This document shows positions 60,872-64,000 of a DNA stretch of 64,000 nucleotides, piece after piece (position 1 is the first letter of the stretch; every line of letters begins with the position of its first letter). Source of the DNA: Candidatus Cloacimonadales bacterium (GTDB lineage Bacteria > Cloacimonadota > Cloacimonadia > Cloacimonadales > JAFGVF01). A model generated the notes under the pieces. It was not told the origin of the DNA and did not search any database. It saw only the letters and a list, made by a program, of their open reading frames with translations. Both the position numbers and the translations under genes were made by a program. The stretch spans positions 1 to 64,000 of the forward strand of contig OY782781.1 in assembly GCA_963678315.1 (NCBI GenBank). Direction: 5' to 3'.

Positions 60872-62074
60872 ATGGCTGAACTTAAGAAGATATTAGTAAT
60901 TAATTGTGGCTCTTCATCACTGAAGTATGAGGTTTATGAGATGCCTGCTCAAAATAGTCTTGGTAAAGGACTTGTTGAAAGAATTGGCGAAGAACAAGGG
61001 CATATATCTCAAAAATCTCCTAAAGGTGAATATGATTTAGTAACACCTATCCCTAACCATCAAAGGGCAATGGAGTTAGTAGCAGAAGCTTTAACTTTAG
61101 CAGATAAGGGAATCATTGAATCTATCACTGAAATTCAAGGTGTCGGTCATCGTGTTGTTCACGGTGGAGAAGATTACGCTGCATCAGTTATTATCAATGA
61201 AGATGTAATCGCTTGTATTGATAAAAACTCTGAGTTAGCACCTCTTCACAATCCTGCAAACTTAACTGGTATTAAAGAAACAACTAAACTACTTCCAGAT
61301 GTTAAACAAGTAGCTGTTTTTGATACAGCTTTCCATCAAACTCTTCCACCTGCAGCCTATCTTTATGGTATTCCAAGAGAATATTACGAAAGTTACAAAA
61401 TTAGAAAGTACGGTTTCCATGGAACTAGCCATAGATATGTTGCTCAAAAAGCACTAGAAATGTGTAAACGTGATGCTTGCAATACAAATATAATCACTTG
61501 TCACTTAGGTAATGGAGCATCAATTACTTCTATCCAAAATGGACGTTCTGTTGATACTTCTATGGGATTCACTCCTCTTGCAGGTCTAATGATGGGCACT
61601 AGATCAGGTGATATTGATCCTTCAATCATTTTCTATCTCATGGATAGAGGTATGGATAGTAAAGAACTCAACAATATTCTCAATAAGAAGAGTGGACTTT
61701 TAGGACTTACTGGAATTTCTAATGATTTAAGAGATATTGAAAAAGCTGCTGAAGAAGGTGATGCTAAAGCTATTGAAGCACTTGATGCCTATGCTTACAA
61801 AGTAAGAAACTATATCGGTTCTTATGCTGCTAACTTAATTAAATGTGACATCCTTGTCTTTACTGGTGGAGTTGGACAATACGGAGTTAAAATGAGAGAA
61901 AGAATCCTTTCTAGAATGCAAAACATCGGTATTCACATGGACTTAGATAAGAACAGAGAAATCGGTGGAAACCCTGGTGTTATCTCAAAAAGATACTCTC
62001 CAGTAACTATTGTTGTTATGCCTACAAATGAAGAACTTCAAATTGCATCTGATGCATATGATTTAATATTTTAA
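60872..62074 (+). CDS. ackA: Acetate kinase
   Basis: INCGSSSLK, GHRVVHGG, APLHN, FDTAFH, YGFHGTSH, HLGNGAS, GTRSGDIDP, PTNEE. Confidence 0.97.
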   Translation: MAELKKILVINCGSSSLKYEVYEMPAQNSLGKGLVERIGEEQGHISQKSPKGEYDLVTPIPNHQRAMELVAEALTLADKGIIESITEIQGVGHRVVHGGEDYAASVIINEDVIACIDKNSELAPLHNPANLTGIKETTKLLPDVKQVAVFDTAFHQTLPPAAYLYGIPREYYESYKIRKYGFHGTSHRYVAQKALEMCKRDACNTNIITCHLGNGASITSIQNGRSVDTSMGFTPLAGLMMGTRSGDIDPSIIFYLMDRGMDSKELNNILNKKSGLLGLTGISNDLRDIEKAAEEGDAKAIEALDAYAYKVRNYIGSYAANLIKCDILVFTGGVGQYGVKMRERILSRMQNIGIHMDLDKNREIGGNPGVISKRYSPVTIVVMPTNEELQIASDAYDLIF

Positions 62075-62091
62075 GTAACGTTAGAGATATT

Positions 62092-62120
62092 AGAGTGCTT
62101 TAATCAGCACTCTTTTTTTT
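62092..62120 (+). terminator. Intrinsic terminator after ackA
   Basis: agagtgct-ttaatc-agcactct followed by a T-tract. Confidence 0.75.
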
Positions 62121-62142
62121 ATTTATTAACTTCTTATCCTTA

Positions 62143-62181
62143 AGCGTTTCCTGCATTAAATCGCAATTTAATGCAGGAGGG
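62143..62181. repeat. Hairpin repeat, TGCAT..ATGCA family
   Basis: tcctgcattaaat-cgca-atttaatgcagga. Confidence 0.7.
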
Positions 62182-62315
62182 CCAAGAGCAAGACTTGATT
62201 TTACAATAATAGAATGTACCGTTTGATGCATAATCTTGCTGCAAATAGGCTTGTTAACAAAAGTCTGTTGCATCACTTGGGATAATTCTTAAAGACATCT
62301 TTTTTAGGAGAAGAA

Positions 62316-62696
62316 ATGAATTGTCTATTTTGTGACTTAGTTAAATTTGCTATAAAAGAGAATGATAAAGCTTATGTAATAAAGGACAAGTTTCCTGTCA
62401 CTAAGGGCCACCATTTGATTATACCAAAAAAACACAGTAATGATTTCTTTGAGTTAGAGAATTCTGATCTTATTGCAATTAAAGAACTAATTACTGAGTT
62501 AAAACATGATTTAATGTCAGATGATGAATCTATAAGTGCTTTTAACATAATGGTCAATGTCGGAGAAGATGCAGGACAGTCTATCTTTCACACTCATTTT
62601 CATTTGATTCCAAGAAGAAAAGGTGATACAGTTAAGGAAGAAGTTGCTAAAACAAGTAAGCATGGCATTCTTCAGAACTTAATTAGTAAATCTTAG
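62316..62696 (+). CDS. HIT family hydrolase
   Basis: CLFC, D.FPVTKGH.LIIPK.H, AGQSIFHTHFHLIPR. Confidence 0.92.
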   Translation: MNCLFCDLVKFAIKENDKAYVIKDKFPVTKGHHLIIPKKHSNDFFELENSDLIAIKELITELKHDLMSDDESISAFNIMVNVGEDAGQSIFHTHFHLIPRRKGDTVKEEVAKTSKHGILQNLISKS

Positions 62697-62700
62697 GACT

Positions 62701-62740
62701 GTAAGCATCCGCCGATAGGCTGAACAAAGTTCATGCTTAC
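62701..62740. repeat. GTAAGCATGAAC hairpin repeat with a 13-nt insertion, copy 2
   Basis: gtaagca[tccgccgataggc]tgaac-aaa-gttcatgcttac. Confidence 0.75.
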
Positions 62741-62770
62741 GTAAAAGTAAAGTGATTTAAGAATGTTATT

Positions 62771-62860
62771 ATATGTCGCCCTTTCAGGGCTAGTAATTAT
62801 ATGTATAGCATACACGGGGTGCAAGACCCCATGCTTAGTATATATCACCCCTTCGGGGTT
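62771..62860. repeat. REP/REPIN-like composite unit, copy 3
   Basis: tatgtcgccctttcagggct...cacggggt-gcaag-accccatg-cttagtatat..caccccttcggggtt. Confidence 0.75.
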
Positions 62861-62930
62861 TATAAACAGATTCCGAATTAACCGTAGAGATACAGACTAA
62901 ACACTTTTAACAAATCCAGATAATTTAATT

Positions 62931-62959
62931 AGTAGGGGTGCGAGTTCCACACCCCTACT
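62931..62959. terminator. Terminator-like hairpin downstream of nrdD
   Basis: agtaggggtg-cgagttcca-cacccctact. Confidence 0.6.
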
Positions 62960-62967
62960 TAAGCTTT

Positions 62968-63999
62968 TTAAGAAACTTGGAAAGTCTTTCTCATTTTATA
63001 TTCTTCTTGCTTGCCTTCATTCCACTGAGCAACAGGTCTGAGGTAACCAACAACACGAGAATATATTTCAGTTTCACTTTGACAAATTGGACATCTTATT
63101 TGTTCTCCATCAATATATCCATGAACAGGACACACGCTAAATGTTGGAGAGAATGTGAAATAAGGAAGTCTATAATTCTCACAAACTTTTCTAACTAAAT
63201 TCTTTACTGAATCAGGGTTAGAAATCTTCTCACCACCAAAGATATGAAGAACAGTTCCACCAGTATATTTTGTTTGCAAAGGATCTTGTAAGTCTAAGGC
63301 TTCGAATACATCTTCTGTAAAGTTAACAGGTAATTGAGTTGAATTAGTATAGAAAGGTTTCTTAGTGCTTGGATCATTGTTAGCAACGACAATAGAAGGA
63401 TATTTCTTTCTATCAAGTTGAGCTAAACGATAGGTAGTACCTTCAGCAGGAGTAGCTTCTAAATTGTAGTTATTGCCTGTCTCTTCTTGATAAGAGATGA
63501 GAACATCACGCATGTAATCCATAACTTCAACAGCAAAATTTGCACCATCTTCAGATGTAATATCCTTTCCTAAGAAATTAAGACAAGCTTCATTCATACC
63601 AATCAAACCAATAGTAGAGAAATGATTCTTCCAATACTGATTAAATCTTTGCTTAATCTCTTTTAAGTAGAAACTAGTATATGGGTAAAGGTTAGAATCA
63701 GTGAAAGATTCTAGTACCTTACGTTTGATTTCTAGACTTCTTTTAGCAGTATTCATTAGACCATTTAAACGAGCTAAGAAATCATCTTTAGACTCTGCTA
63801 AATAGGCTATTCTAGGTAAATTGATAGTAACAACTCCGATAGAACCTGTCAAAGGATTTGCACCGAATAGTCCACCACCTCGGGCTTCAAGTTTTCTAGT
63901 ATCTAATCTTAATCTACAACACATAGAACGTGAGTCTTCTGGGCTCATATCTGAATTGACAAAATTAGAGAAATACGGAATACCATACTTGCCTGTTGC
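62968..63999 (-). CDS. nrdD: Anaerobic (class III) ribonucleoside-triphosphate reductase, C-terminal part; gene continues beyond the window
   Basis: MCCRL, GSIGVVTINLPR, EATPAEG, YTNS, YTGGTV.H, C..HGY...C..C, YSRVVGYLRP glycyl-radical loop; frame open to the window edge. Confidence 0.93.
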   Translation of the reverse strand, partial: ATGKYGIPYFSNFVNSDMSPEDSRSMCCRLRLDTRKLEARGGGLFGANPLTGSIGVVTINLPRIAYLAESKDDFLARLNGLMNTAKRSLEIKRKVLESFTDSNLYPYTSFYLKEIKQRFNQYWKNHFSTIGLIGMNEACLNFLGKDITSEDGANFAVEVMDYMRDVLISYQEETGNNYNLEATPAEGTTYRLAQLDRKKYPSIVVANNDPSTKKPFYTNSTQLPVNFTEDVFEALDLQDPLQTKYTGGTVLHIFGGEKISNPDSVKNLVRKVCENYRLPYFTFSPTFSVCPVHGYIDGEQIRCPICQSETEIYSRVVGYLRPVAQWNEGKQEEYKMRKTFQVS

Positions 64000-64000
64000 T

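Noticed and set aside
805..63198. Many short ORFs overlapping long genes (for example 8582..8911, 17776..18081, 19762..20112, 29058..29726, 59194..59496, 62938..63198)
   Set aside because: They are shadow frames of well-supported genes and have no recognisable motifs.

Overview
A 64 kb AT-rich bacterial chromosomal window. It is probably Cloacimonadota (FCB group), inferred from several secreted proteins ending in 'NYPNPFNP...IYNIKGQ' FlgD-Ig/T9SS-like C-terminal domains, together with a lpxC-fabZ fusion. Most of it is housekeeping or metabolic: brnQ, apbE, folE2, an M16 peptidase, ppk1, pfkA, pepD, fetAB, a sigma54-regulated Fe-alcohol dehydrogenase, skp-lpxD-lpxC/fabZ-lpxA, lepB-hemW, mlaD, an Omp85-like protein, a gingipain-like C25 protease, ackA and partial nrdD. 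The most unusual locus is 11032-14561. One intact tRNA-Asn(GTT) sits among four altered tRNA-Asn copies, each carrying the same 16-bp palindrome (TCCGGCAG[T/C]TGCCGGA) in place of the 3' anticodon strand and variable loop, three also with fold-back scars in the T-loop. These copies alternate with two intact small stand-alone GIY-YIG nuclease genes, and an IS21 element later inserted into one terminator. This looks like a tRNA-hosted nuclease/mini-palindrome selfish system. Intergenic regions also carry several dispersed REP-like hairpin families with compensatory substitutions. All calls come from reading the sequence and ORF translations; no database searches were run.
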